From positions 186,001 through 250,000 of the IMG/VR virus record IMGVR_UViG_3300032782_000001: a DNA stretch of 64,000 bases; one strand, written 5' to 3'. The position numbers and the translations under genes are program-made. A model generated the notes under the pieces. It had not been told where the DNA came from. It made no database searches and saw nothing but the letters and a program-made list of their open reading frames with translations. Each line of letters opens with the position of its first letter. The stretch's first letter is position 1. Positions 17,243 to 26,566 of this stretch are shown here, one piece after another.

Positions 17243-19890
17243 TATGGATTACTCCTCTTCGGATTCATGAGATTACCGCGGACTTTGTATACTGCTGCGC
17301 AAGTATCTCCGGGAGTAGAAGTCAAACTCACACTGTTTTGATTGTCATACTCCAACCACCTAGTCACAATCACTAGAACAAGAGTTCCTTTGCGACCAAT
17401 GGATGGGAAATCCTGCCTTAGCTCCATGAGGACTGGCAACACAACCTTATGTCGTTGATTATTTGCCAAAGGAGGGCCATATGCAATTGGTGAATAAATA
17501 GGAGTAAGTCCGTTATCAGATTTCGGCCAGAAATTCCGGTTATCTCCGTCGACTGTTGTGTCCAGTCCACTGCTGTATAGAGTAACTTGGCCGGGACTAG
17601 GAGAATATGGAACGTTGGCTACCACTTGCACGAAACCGGTATTAATCCCGAACCCGATCATCGTGATGGAATTTGGGGTATCAAGCCGGCTCTCCGGATA
17701 ATTCCCGGACGGCAGAAGTCCTACCGGAATTTGAGAACTAGCAGCAGCGTACGGAAATCCAGCATCCGGAGAACCGGAGCCATTTGTAATAACGTATAAA
17801 CTCTTCCCAATCTTTCGAGGTGTAATACTGAGAGTCTGACTCCCCGCCGGAACGGGAAGGGATTGAATAGCAGCTGACTGATAAAACAATTGGAAAGAGT
17901 CAAATGGAGCTGCAGCTACTGGAGGGAGAGCTCTGATAGCTTTGTATGTAACCGTGACTGCTGATCCTGCAGGAATCGTAATGGCGCCTGTCAAAATGAT
18001 CACGGAATGCATGAGAGAAAAATAATTTGTGGTGTTATAGATAGGATTAACACCATCATTAATTGTAACTGGGTCACCATTAAGCCTCTCCCAAACGAAT
18101 AAGATGTTCCCTTCTGCTGTGTAGAAGGTATTCGTCTGAGTAACAGAAGTCATCTGGACTGCCAATTCTCGATGACCTGGGTCTATCCACCAGCTAGTGG
18201 TAGGAAGACTAGACCTGTTGGGATCGGAAGTGGCCGTCCACCCAGTTTGATCAATCCACGCTGGTGCTCCAACAGGAGACATCCAGAATTGGTAAGCACT
18301 CAGCATATTCCGGTTGACACCATTGTCTGCCGGGTATTCGATTACAAGATCTGCGTATACGGTTACATTGGAAATCGGAACATCAAATGTGATTGTGACT
18401 TCATCAATAGCAGGACCAACTGCCACATGGAAATTCATCGACGTGACGAGAGGACTACCAATGCTCAAAGCCCAATGATCCGTATGGGCCGTTGTGTCCG
18501 TAATACGGACTGATAGAACTGTGACTATATTTGTCCCCGTAGGACTCAAAGACAAGAGGTTAACAGGGGACGAATCCCAAGATAAAGTAATGGCAGATAA
18601 ATTAAAACTGACAGTTGAAGTAGCTCCAACGACATCATGCTTAGCGACAATCGATTCACTGTAGCTTCTATCGGTGAAATATCGGCGAACAGAGTCCGAA
18701 GTCCCAATATGGTTTCCGACCCCGATAGACGCTTTAGCGAAAATAGAAGTCCCACCTGGACCTGTTGCAGTAATTTCTTGATGAGTAGTCATGGTGTTAT
18801 CGAAGACCTGTTGAAGGGCCTTCTCCATGACTTCTTCCCAAGAATTAGTCACACCTTTACGAAGATCCAGGATATCCGAAGCAACTATTTGATCAGCATA
18901 AAGACCATCCGGTCGACCGGAAACACCCGAAGCCATCAAACCAGCTCCATTCATATTGGAGCTTCGTTGGAAAGCCGAGCTGTTTCTTCGGAAAACAGCA
19001 CAAATGGGGATCGCGTATATGAAACCGTCGACGGTCCCAAGAGTTGTTACAGACCCCGGAGTCCCATTGCCAGCCACCCACAAACCTGCATCAACCGTAG
19101 ATGGAATATAATTGAATGCAGTCACATTTCCATCTACGGTTGATCCACCGAGATACGGAACTGTGTTAGCAAACAGAGCAGGAGAATCTAGTCCATCCGG
19201 ATAAGTGGACAAATCAATTCCTGATACAACCCGATAGCGATATTGAATTTGGACTCGGCGAGTCGTTTCCATGATGGGAACGGTCATTGCCGCAAAATTG
19301 GGATCGATAAGATCATCAGCAAGATTTTCGTTCCCTGGTGGGAACGAATCTGATGCTTTAGCATTCCCGTACCTCAGAATTTGACCAGTCGGACTTTTGT
19401 TATCTGGGATTCCGGGCGATACGAGAGCTCGCCAAACTTCAAGAAAAACAAAATCTGTCCGAGTCGTGTTCGCCCCCACCGGAGGTGCCGGGAGCTGAAG
19501 GAGATTCACGCCAATGGTTGCACTGGCGGTGAGATCAAATCTCACCAACCAACCATTAACGTTCAGATCTGCAGCTGCTAGTTGGAATTGATTGGCAGTA
19601 GTTGCAGCGGGAGGATCCGGTGTTAAGAAGGAATATGAACCAGTTTCATCGGAAGTCTCTAAGAAATCTCCCGTCAGAAAGCACGATGGCATGCTTTTCT
19701 GAGTCAGAAGCCTCTGACCAGAAGCGCCGAAAATTTCGGATTGGAGATTCAGTTCCCAATCGGCAATTGGCTTGTTAGTTTGGAAAACGACCTGTTCAAA
19801 TGAATGGTCCTCAGCCGTGAATTGGCCGCCACCAGGCACGATGGCCTGCGGTTTTTGCGAAACGTTCGGTCCGAGATCCTTGTAGGCCAT
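17242..19890 (-). CDS. Baseplate/fibre-attachment virion protein (DUF4815/DUF6519-like), paralog of 10697..15355
   Basis: VVFQTNKPIADWELN, RTDFVFLEVW, ETTRRVQIQYR, GTVDGFIYAIPICAVFRRN, RPDGLYADQI. Confidence 0.65.
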   Translation of the reverse strand: MAYKDLGPNVSQKPQAIVPGGGQFTAEDHSFEQVVFQTNKPIADWELNLQSEIFGASGQRLLTQKSMPSCFLTGDFLETSDETGSYSFLTPDPPAATTANQFQLAAADLNVNGWLVRFDLTASATIGVNLLQLPAPPVGANTTRTDFVFLEVWRALVSPGIPDNKSPTGQILRYGNAKASDSFPPGNENLADDLIDPNFAAMTVPIMETTRRVQIQYRYRVVSGIDLSTYPDGLDSPALFANTVPYLGGSTVDGNVTAFNYIPSTVDAGLWVAGNGTPGSVTTLGTVDGFIYAIPICAVFRRNSSAFQRSSNMNGAGLMASGVSGRPDGLYADQIVASDILDLRKGVTNSWEEVMEKALQQVFDNTMTTHQEITATGPGGTSIFAKASIGVGNHIGTSDSVRRYFTDRSYSESIVAKHDVVGATSTVSFNLSAITLSWDSSPVNLLSLSPTGTNIVTVLSVRITDTTAHTDHWALSIGSPLVTSMNFHVAVGPAIDEVTITFDVPISNVTVYADLVIEYPADNGVNRNMLSAYQFWMSPVGAPAWIDQTGWTATSDPNRSSLPTTSWWIDPGHRELAVQMTSVTQTNTFYTAEGNILFVWERLNGDPVTINDGVNPIYNTTNYFSLMHSVIILTGAITIPAGSAVTVTYKAIRALPPVAAAPFDSFQLFYQSAAIQSLPVPAGSQTLSITPRKIGKSLYVITNGSGSPDAGFPYAAASSQIPVGLLPSGNYPESRLDTPNSITMIGFGINTGFVQVVANVPYSPSPGQVTLYSSGLDTTVDGDNRNFWPKSDNGLTPIYSPIAYGPPLANNQRHKVVLPVLMELRQDFPSIGRKGTLVLVIVTRWLEYDNQNSVSLTSTPGDTCAAVYKVRGNLMNPKRSNP

Positions 19891-20014
19891 CCGTCTTCCT
19901 ACCCACCGAGGACAATAAGAACTCCCTTCATCCTACCAGACAGGAAGTTCAACTAGCACGATGGGATGGCGCGCAAAAAAGACAAATGCATCGCCAACCG
20001 GTCTTTGATGTTTA

Positions 20015-20674
20015 CTAAAAGGTAAGACGCCAAGTCCAGCTAAGAGTGCTAGTCGGGGGCTTGGATATAGCCGGAAAGGTTACATAATTTACAAGAGTGT
20101 CCTTTCCGACCAAGTTGACTGTTGGATCGTAGGTTCCATTTGGAGGAAGGACAGGATTTGTAACAGACATATTAGTGTCGACGTCGCCCCCAAGGAGCCC
20201 CATTTCAGTGAGAACGCCGACAGCTTCGGACTCGGAATACGTTGTCGTAAAATCTACAACATTCGTCGGAACACCAGAAATGGCTCCATCTCCATCAATG
20301 AAACTAGTTGTGGCGATTTGTTTACGTGCCAATTCATTGAAAAGGGACCGTTGAGTATTCGTTGCAGGAGGTGGATTGAGCGGATTCCAGCCAATATCGC
20401 CCGTACCAACGGCCAGAGCGAATACCCCAAAGTTAGGTTCACATTGATGGGCAATTGGGGCCCCAGTTCCCTTCATGAGACGAGCAATCAAGATACTTGC
20501 ATCCAATGTCACAACATTCAGTTTGCCGCCTTTGGTAACCCCGGTCTGGGCATCTCGGAGCTCCCAGAAGATCTCACCTTTGATTTTGCAACCGTAATAG
20601 TGGTCATGTAGCAGGGTCTTGAGGACAAAGGAGAATGCGGCATCCTTCGCCTTCTTGAATTTTTGCTGGATCAT
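20015..20674 (-). CDS. Baseplate/tail-collar fibre-attachment protein (DUF3751-like pattern)
   Basis: LAVGTG...TQRSLFNELARK...EAVG.LTEMGL pattern typical of phage fibre-anchoring subunits; SD AGGAG upstream. Confidence 0.55.
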   Translation of the reverse strand: MIQQKFKKAKDAAFSFVLKTLLHDHYYGCKIKGEIFWELRDAQTGVTKGGKLNVVTLDASILIARLMKGTGAPIAHQCEPNFGVFALAVGTGDIGWNPLNPPPATNTQRSLFNELARKQIATTSFIDGDGAISGVPTNVVDFTTTYSESEAVGVLTEMGLLGGDVDTNMSVTNPVLPPNGTYDPTVNLVGKDTLVNYVTFPAISKPPTSTLSWTWRLTF

Positions 20675-20735
20675 CCGGTTCTCCTATCGACCCTACCATC
20701 CCATGAGTGTCTTAAAAGAAGAACACGTATAAAAA

Positions 20736-21656
20736 TCACTGGAATTTCGCCTTCCTACGGCGTTCTCTTTGTTTGATAGCACTCCTAATTTTCTGTTCTG
20801 AATAACAAACCCCGCAAATTATATACGGATGTCCGCGTTTCTGGACCTGATGGCATTCATTGATAGGAACTAGGCCATGCTTTCTACAAAACCTTTCTTG
20901 CAATAGCGCTCGTATGCGCCTCTTTTCTTCATTGATGGCTCGAATCTTAACTTTGGATTCAGTGGACTGTTTCCGTCCCGTATTGGATGATGCTATTCTT
21001 TCGATAATATGTTGATCACGAGAACCGACGATCGCGCTAATTTTGGCGCAGTGGGCTTCACTCAGTTTCCTACCAAGAAGCGAAGATGCTATTTTCTTCT
21101 TGGTTTCGTATTTATGATGTTTACCGGAAAAAGTCCCATCACACCGAGATTTAACTTCTGGCCTCATCCGCGTTTCTTTAGAAGAATCGGAACGTTTAGA
21201 ACGAGATTCAGAAGTTTGGAACGTGGACTTTCTTTTAAACCGGGCTTCAGCAGTCTGAGATAGTTGGTGAATATTTTTTAAATTTTCGAGAGCCTTCTCT
21301 CGGTATTCTATTCGATCCCACGGATTCTTGATCGGATGCGGAACATGAGATCCGCCTTTAACGAGATTGAAACCCTTAGCGGGGTTTCTCGTGTCGTAAA
21401 ATTCAATTCGGTCCTCTTCTAAAAGATTAGCCTCTTCTAGAGTATTGCAAAATCCTAGAACTTCATGCGAGAAGGCTTCCTTGCCATACGCACGGATGGC
21501 ATTCGCGAAGTGGGAAACGCCCTTCCCGACCTTCGTTCGGTTCGCCGTGTAGACGTGCTGATTCCAGCGCTGAAGAAGCGTCTTCTTCGTCAAACCGACG
21601 TAACGGCGGCCAGTGGCAGCATGAATGTGGCAATAGACTGTCCAGCGGGATTCCAT
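20736..21656 (-). mobile_element. Free-standing GIY-YIG homing endonuclease with NUMOD3-like repeats (copy 1)
   Basis: TVY...GRRYVGLT, RWNQH, AIRAYG...F, E...I..YDT...KGFNL..GG; repeats GKHHKYETKKKI, GRKLSEAHCAKIS, GRKQSTESKVKI; C-terminal CxxH...CxxC. Confidence 0.88.
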
Positions 21657-21661
21657 GGGAA

Positions 21662-21672
21662 ACCCTACCGGA
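21662..21672 (-). promoter_or_regulatory. TCCGGTAGGGT box, -10-like, upstream of endonuclease copy 1
   Basis: Identical 11-mer upstream of both endonucleases, 5-6 nt before the ATG, with no SD. Confidence 0.55.
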
Positions 21673-21689
21673 TAGCAATCTCAAAGTCG

Positions 21690-22481
21690 CTAATAGAGAA
21701 TCACCGAAGTCTCCAAAGAAACGGAGTCAAACATGACTCCCCGAACAGTCGGTTTGGTGTTCATTAAGGCATAATTCGGGTCATTGAGAACAGGAATATA
21801 GCTGTCGGAAAATTGGGGCGGGAACGGAGGAGGAGAAATTGGGGGGACTGGTAATGGCGGTCCCACCAGGAAAGGCCTCGGATTAGGTGTTTGGGCCAGC
21901 TCATACGGATCAGAAGTTATGACTCTTGATTCCAAAGAGTCAATATCGACTTCGTTGCCGGAATTTGCAGTTTGAAGGGCTGGAGACATGAAAACAAGCC
22001 CTTGAGAACCTGAGAGAAGACCCTCCTGCGATTCACCTGAAAATCGATTCAGGAAAATTTCACCAATAACCGCGCCGAATGGAGTCGGAGGATAATCAGG
22101 TCCTCCACGGAATGAATACGTCTGCGTGCTATCCGTACCATCAGTGGTGGAAGTAGATACTTCCACCACTGCCATGGCTTCGAGATGAACCAATGGGACT
22201 TGGATATCGAACGCATATCCGTTATTGGGAGCATCATAAATAAAACTGGATCCCGTCACAAAATCGGGAGTAAATGTGACAGTGGACCCATCAAATACGA
22301 GCAAAAAGCTCAGATAAATCTTGGTCTTAGATAAATCGATGAGAGAACCTTGAACTCCGACCGTTAAGTGAACATGAAGATCGTTTGGGATGAAGTCTTC
22401 TGGTAGAGGAGTAAGATCCGTGAGATACGGGATTCCGCCTCCACCAACATTCTGACCTACATTTTGTCCGAATCCAGACAT
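21690..22481 (-). CDS. Virion structural protein, Ig-like N-terminal domain predicted
   Basis: Acidic beta-rich ORF in the structural operon with a Pro-rich C-terminal segment. Confidence 0.5.
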   Translation of the reverse strand: MSGFGQNVGQNVGGGGIPYLTDLTPLPEDFIPNDLHVHLTVGVQGSLIDLSKTKIYLSFLLVFDGSTVTFTPDFVTGSSFIYDAPNNGYAFDIQVPLVHLEAMAVVEVSTSTTDGTDSTQTYSFRGGPDYPPTPFGAVIGEIFLNRFSGESQEGLLSGSQGLVFMSPALQTANSGNEVDIDSLESRVITSDPYELAQTPNPRPFLVGPPLPVPPISPPPFPPQFSDSYIPVLNDPNYALMNTKPTVRGVMFDSVSLETSVILY

Positions 22482-22484
22482 AAT

Positions 22485-22775
22485 TTACGATACGTAATCT
22501 TCTTCTACTGTGGCGCCTGAAATGGCTGTACTACCGGATTTTGTTCCCGTATAATAGACTCCAGTAGGATCTGGAAGGTCAGTAACAACCCAAACTCTGT
22601 AAATAATTGATGGTAATGCGTCTACGTCTAGCCAACGCATTTTGATCCTTCGAACGGGCCCTTGAGTGGATGGCTCTTGGAATGTGGCTGGAAAGGCATA
22701 TGAAGTAACAACAGGGGCGTAATAACTAGCCTGAGCCACAGTGTACGTCCACCCTTGAGTAGTAAAATCAGCCAT
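22485..22775 (-). CDS. Small virion protein, possible adaptor of the paralog array
   Basis: 96 aa, with gaps of only 1-3 nt to both neighbours. Confidence 0.55.
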   Translation of the reverse strand: MADFTTQGWTYTVAQASYYAPVVTSYAFPATFQEPSTQGPVRRIKMRWLDVDALPSIIYRVWVVTDLPDPTGVYYTGTKSGSTAISGATVEEDYVS

Positions 22776-22776
22776 A

Positions 22777-23715
22777 CTAAACCGCTACGGGAGTTCCGTC
22801 CCATGGTAGATTGACGTCACTAATGACTATCCTGTCGCCTGTACTGAGATAGCTCAATAGCTGTCCAGACTGTTTCCGCATCCCGTGCCACATCATAACA
22901 TACCCCACGCCCTTGATCCCGATAGGTTCTGAGGTAGTTGTATTATGACCGTAGATAACGGGGCCAACCTCTTCGTCCATAGAATGAGGATTTATTCCAA
23001 GTAGATTAGGAAACATGAAATTTCCTGCACTAGGATTACCAACCCCTAATGGATTGCAAGCAGACCAAGCTTCTGCTGGAGTCCCTTTTCCAAACCAGGC
23101 ACCACCGCCTGAAGCACTTGATACGTTTCCAATTGAAAAACCGTTTGTACCTGGGACTGTCCAAACAAAGGGATCTGGGTCATTTGGAGACCCCGTATTG
23201 GCCATGATTGCATCCAATACAATTCCTCCTCCTGGAGCGCTGCCGGGGTTCCCGTCTGATATAATAGCGAGGAAAAATCCATAAGGAGCTGCGTTATCAG
23301 CTCCCATATTTACATGATAACTATTATCGCTCAAGAATCCTGTGAATGTTCCACGAATATTCTGAGAATCTGTAGCCGTAGGGATGACAGTAGCACTAGG
23401 ACTGCCGCCTGTATACCCAGCAGAATAACTATATGTGAGTGTGCTAACATTGGAAATTCCTGACATCTGTAAAAGCATTTCTCGAGTAACCCCGAGATAA
23501 GAAGGCATCTGGATGCGAAACCAAGCGTTGGCGTTACCAAGGCCTCCAGCTCCAGAAGATGCCGTTGTCAAAATATCACTGGAACTCGAGAACAGACTAA
23601 GTCCGTCCCCTGAAGATTTAACAGTCCATCCAGCGGTTTTGAGAAGCTCCTTCAAATTGAAAAGAGCTCCCGCTCCCGTTACAAGACCAATATTCTTCCG
23701 GAATATGAACGACAT
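22777..23715 (-). CDS. Tandem paralog 4 of 4, putative receptor-binding/virion protein
   Basis: Start at ATG 23715 (MSFIFRKN) by alignment with paralogs; LK..L..AGW.VKSSGDG, AWFRIQMP, GGSP..TATD, AAPYGF, D.DP.V, KG...M.W.G, D.NLPWDG. Confidence 0.75.
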   Translation of the reverse strand: MSFIFRKNIGLVTGAGALFNLKELLKTAGWTVKSSGDGLSLFSSSSDILTTASSGAGGLGNANAWFRIQMPSYLGVTREMLLQMSGISNVSTLTYSYSAGYTGGSPSATVIPTATDSQNIRGTFTGFLSDNSYHVNMGADNAAPYGFFLAIISDGNPGSAPGGGIVLDAIMANTGSPNDPDPFVWTVPGTNGFSIGNVSSASGGGAWFGKGTPAEAWSACNPLGVGNPSAGNFMFPNLLGINPHSMDEEVGPVIYGHNTTTSEPIGIKGVGYVMMWHGMRKQSGQLLSYLSTGDRIVISDVNLPWDGTPVAV

Positions 23716-23720
23716 ATTGC

Positions 23721-24668
23721 CTAGAGAAGGGGGTAACTGCCGTTCCACGGCAAGTTTATATCACCAAAACAAATCCTGTCTCGAGCAGTATTGATTCCGA
23801 TAGCTGTTCCTGTAGCAAACCTGGAACTGTTGAACTTGAAAATTGAACTCATTCCTTTCCATCCGTTAGGGGCGGCTTGGCTTCCTGAAGTGGTTCGACC
23901 CCAGAACAGCGGATAAGAAAATTTCTTATTGAAATAAGTCAACAAAACTTCTGCTTGTGCAGGAATTAATGGAGTGCTAGAAGCCCCATATTGCATGGCT
24001 TGAATTTGTTGGAATGTGGCTCCAGTTTGCCCGTAGTTGTACCAGGCTCTCTGAGTGTTACTTTGAGTAGTTAATGAAGTAAATGGAGTACCCGACGTAC
24101 TGGCAATGAGAACCACAGGATCCGCATCGCTGACAGGATATGTGCCCGTCACCATCGGGTCCATGACGAGAACTCCGTCTAAAGTGGTTCCATCAATCGA
24201 ATTAGGTCTAAATCCGACACTCCAAAAACCATAAGGAGCAGCTGCATCAGCAGCTGCATTCCATCTATATGTTGCATCAGTGCTATTCATCCAAGATACG
24301 AATGTACCTGAAGTACCGATCAAAAATTGTTCATCGGTAGCGGTCGGCATTACAGTAGCACTTGGACTACCGCCAGTAAACTTTGCCTGCGCCGAGTATT
24401 TTACTCTCCATTGCCCAATGGATCCGTTTGTCTGCATGCAGAATTCCCGAGTACCTCCCGGGTCTTGAATTCGGAACCATGAATTGGCATTTGCCATACC
24501 ACCAGAGCCAGTTGTAGCACTAGTAATTTGGTCTCCTGATGAGTTAAAAGTAGTTCCATCCCCAGACGACTTCACGATCCAACCTACGAGCTTTAGCAGT
24601 GCTTTGAACCTGAATACAAGTTGCCAGCTCGTGGTCACCGCGGTGTTAGAATCATAGGAGAAAGCCAT
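23721..24668 (-). CDS. Tandem paralog 3 of 4
   Basis: Same conserved blocks (GWIVKSSGDG, SWFRIQDP, TGGSPSAT, ADAAAPYGFW, GWKG, DINLPWNGS). Confidence 0.75.
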   Translation of the reverse strand: MAFSYDSNTAVTTSWQLVFRFKALLKLVGWIVKSSGDGTTFNSSGDQITSATTGSGGMANANSWFRIQDPGGTREFCMQTNGSIGQWRVKYSAQAKFTGGSPSATVMPTATDEQFLIGTSGTFVSWMNSTDATYRWNAAADAAAPYGFWSVGFRPNSIDGTTLDGVLVMDPMVTGTYPVSDADPVVLIASTSGTPFTSLTTQSNTQRAWYNYGQTGATFQQIQAMQYGASSTPLIPAQAEVLLTYFNKKFSYPLFWGRTTSGSQAAPNGWKGMSSIFKFNSSRFATGTAIGINTARDRICFGDINLPWNGSYPLL

Positions 24669-24670
24669 GA

Positions 24671-25630
24671 CTAAATCGTTGGAGTGGACCCATTCCAGGG
24701 AAGATTAACGTCTCGATACACGATTCTATCCTTAGCACCAGGAGAAGAGATAGAAAGTGTGTCGCCTGTGGTCCTAGATGAGCCATTCCATTTCATGAAG
24801 GAACACATCCCTTTAAAACCTCCAGGCCAACGAGCTTCTCCAGAGATAACTTGTCCAGGAGAACCGACAGGAATATCAAAGACGTCATCGTTCCCGTTGT
24901 GAGGATTGGGCCCGACGTTATTAGGAATGGTGGAAGATCCATTGTAGAAAGAAAAACACCAAGTTGGGACCCCAGAGGTAAAAGCGGAATTAAAACGCTC
25001 TCCTGTAAGTCCTTTGCGGAAATAAGCAGCAAGACCGTTTCCGCCACCCGCAAGATCGCTTCCAGCGGAAAAAGTGGAAGTGACAATCGAAATATAGAAA
25101 ACATACGGATCTGCATCAGACGGGTCAGTTTGATTCAACGGAAACATGCAAATGCACCCGTTCGGATTTCCTCCGCCGATAGCGAACTGACTAGCCCAAA
25201 ATCCATAGGGAGCAGCATCATCAGCAGCTGCATTCCATCGATACGTGCTATTGCCAGGGAAAATGCTGAACCCATTAGATAGGCTAATGCTGTCAGTTGC
25301 CGTAGCAGGCACGGAAGCAGAACCACCAGAGAAATGAGCAGAATATGAGTATTTGATAACCCAAGAAGTGTCGTTACTACGCTCAAACATGAGCTGCCGA
25401 TTGACCCCATTCATGGTCGGCATCTCAATCACGAACCAAGCAGTTCCGTTCCCGAGCCCACCCGCTCCAGTGTTACCAGAAGTTATGACGTCACCGGAAG
25501 AACTGAAAGCACTGAGACTGTCCCCGGATGATCTGACAACCCATCCGGCGGCTACCAACAGAGTCTTCAGCTTGAAGACAGCCTGAGGCCCCGTAATGGC
25601 TGCGTTGTTGACGTCATAATGGAATGCCAT
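24671..25630 (-). CDS. Tandem paralog 2 of 4
   Basis: Same conserved blocks (AGWVVRSSGD, AWFVIEMP, ADDAAPYGFW, DADP, GFKG, DVNLPWNGS). Confidence 0.75.
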   Translation of the reverse strand: MAFHYDVNNAAITGPQAVFKLKTLLVAAGWVVRSSGDSLSAFSSSGDVITSGNTGAGGLGNGTAWFVIEMPTMNGVNRQLMFERSNDTSWVIKYSYSAHFSGGSASVPATATDSISLSNGFSIFPGNSTYRWNAAADDAAPYGFWASQFAIGGGNPNGCICMFPLNQTDPSDADPYVFYISIVTSTFSAGSDLAGGGNGLAAYFRKGLTGERFNSAFTSGVPTWCFSFYNGSSTIPNNVGPNPHNGNDDVFDIPVGSPGQVISGEARWPGGFKGMCSFMKWNGSSRTTGDTLSISSPGAKDRIVYRDVNLPWNGSTPTI

Positions 25631-25636
25631 AATTCC

Positions 25637-26566
25637 TCAGGTCAGGATTTTGCTGCCATTCCAAGGCAAAGCAATGTCACCAACCGTCACAGTATCTCGT
25701 GTCGTAGAAACTGAAAGAAGAGTGGGAGTAACATAAGCCTGTCCAACCATTTTCATTAGACTGGAAACTCCTTTCCAACCGACAGGGGCCGTTTTTCCAG
25801 TATCTCTTGCGTAGAACACGGGAAACATCACTTCATTGAATGAATGAGAATGATTACCGGCTCCTCCCGGGAACAGAATCGGTGATGACCCTAGAGCCAC
25901 TCTCATCCAGGGAATGTTAACAAATCCTTCCCCCGCCAATCCCTTCTTCAAATACCCAAGTGGTGAACCAGGAGTGCCGACGGAAAAAGCACTGCTGCCG
26001 ACAAAAATAAACACCATCGGATCGTTATCGGCCGCAGGATAAGATCCTGCGAGCAGAGGGTCCATGACAAGAGAACAAGTTATGGACGAATTGAACTGAC
26101 CGCCAAAGGTGTAGGCAAACATGTAAAAACCATATGGAGCAGCATTGTCACACGCGATCTGGATTCGATAAGTATTATCAGTAGTGAAAAGAGTAGTGGC
26201 ATTTAACAGAGTTTGACTATCAGTTGCAGTCCCAGGTGTCGTGGAATTTGGTGAACCGCCGGTAAATCCTGCTGAAAATGAATACTTAGAAGTCCAAACA
26301 GGATTGGAAGAACCTCTTTGAAATATGAGTTCACGAGAACCTGCACCGGCAGGTGATTGCATTCGAACCCAAGCACTTGTATTTGCGAATCCATTGGCGC
26401 CTGAATTCCCGGAGGTAATAATATCACCTGAACTAGAGAAAGCACTCAACCCGTCTCCGGATGACTGCGTAGTCCATCCTGCAGCTATGAGCGCTTGCTT
26501 GAAGCGGTACATAGCTTGAGACCCCGTCAGGGGTAGAGGATAGTTGATGTCAAATACGAGTGCCAT
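25637..26566 (-). CDS. Tandem paralog 1 of 4
   Basis: Same conserved blocks (AGWTTQSSGDG, AWVRMQSP, TGGSP, CDNAAPYGF, DNDP, GWKG, DIALPWNGS). Start overlaps the upstream stop by 1 nt. Confidence 0.75.
   Translation of the reverse strand: MALVFDINYPLPLTGSQAMYRFKQALIAAGWTTQSSGDGLSAFSSSGDIITSGNSGANGFANTSAWVRMQSPAGAGSRELIFQRGSSNPVWTSKYSFSAGFTGGSPNSTTPGTATDSQTLLNATTLFTTDNTYRIQIACDNAAPYGFYMFAYTFGGQFNSSITCSLVMDPLLAGSYPAADNDPMVFIFVGSSAFSVGTPGSPLGYLKKGLAGEGFVNIPWMRVALGSSPILFPGGAGNHSHSFNEVMFPVFYARDTGKTAPVGWKGVSSLMKMVGQAYVTPTLLSVSTTRDTVTVGDIALPWNGSKILT

Noticed and set aside
20675-21689. Group I intron around endonuclease copy 1 (and likewise copy 2)
   Set aside because: Flanking genes have their own starts and stops, and the non-coding flanks (3-60 nt) are too short for a ribozyme core.
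22777-26566. Diversity-generating retroelement or invertase shufflon acting on the paralog array
   Set aside because: No reverse transcriptase or recombinase in the window, no near-identical template/variable repeat pair with A-specific mismatches, no inverted crossover sites; all four genes are full length.
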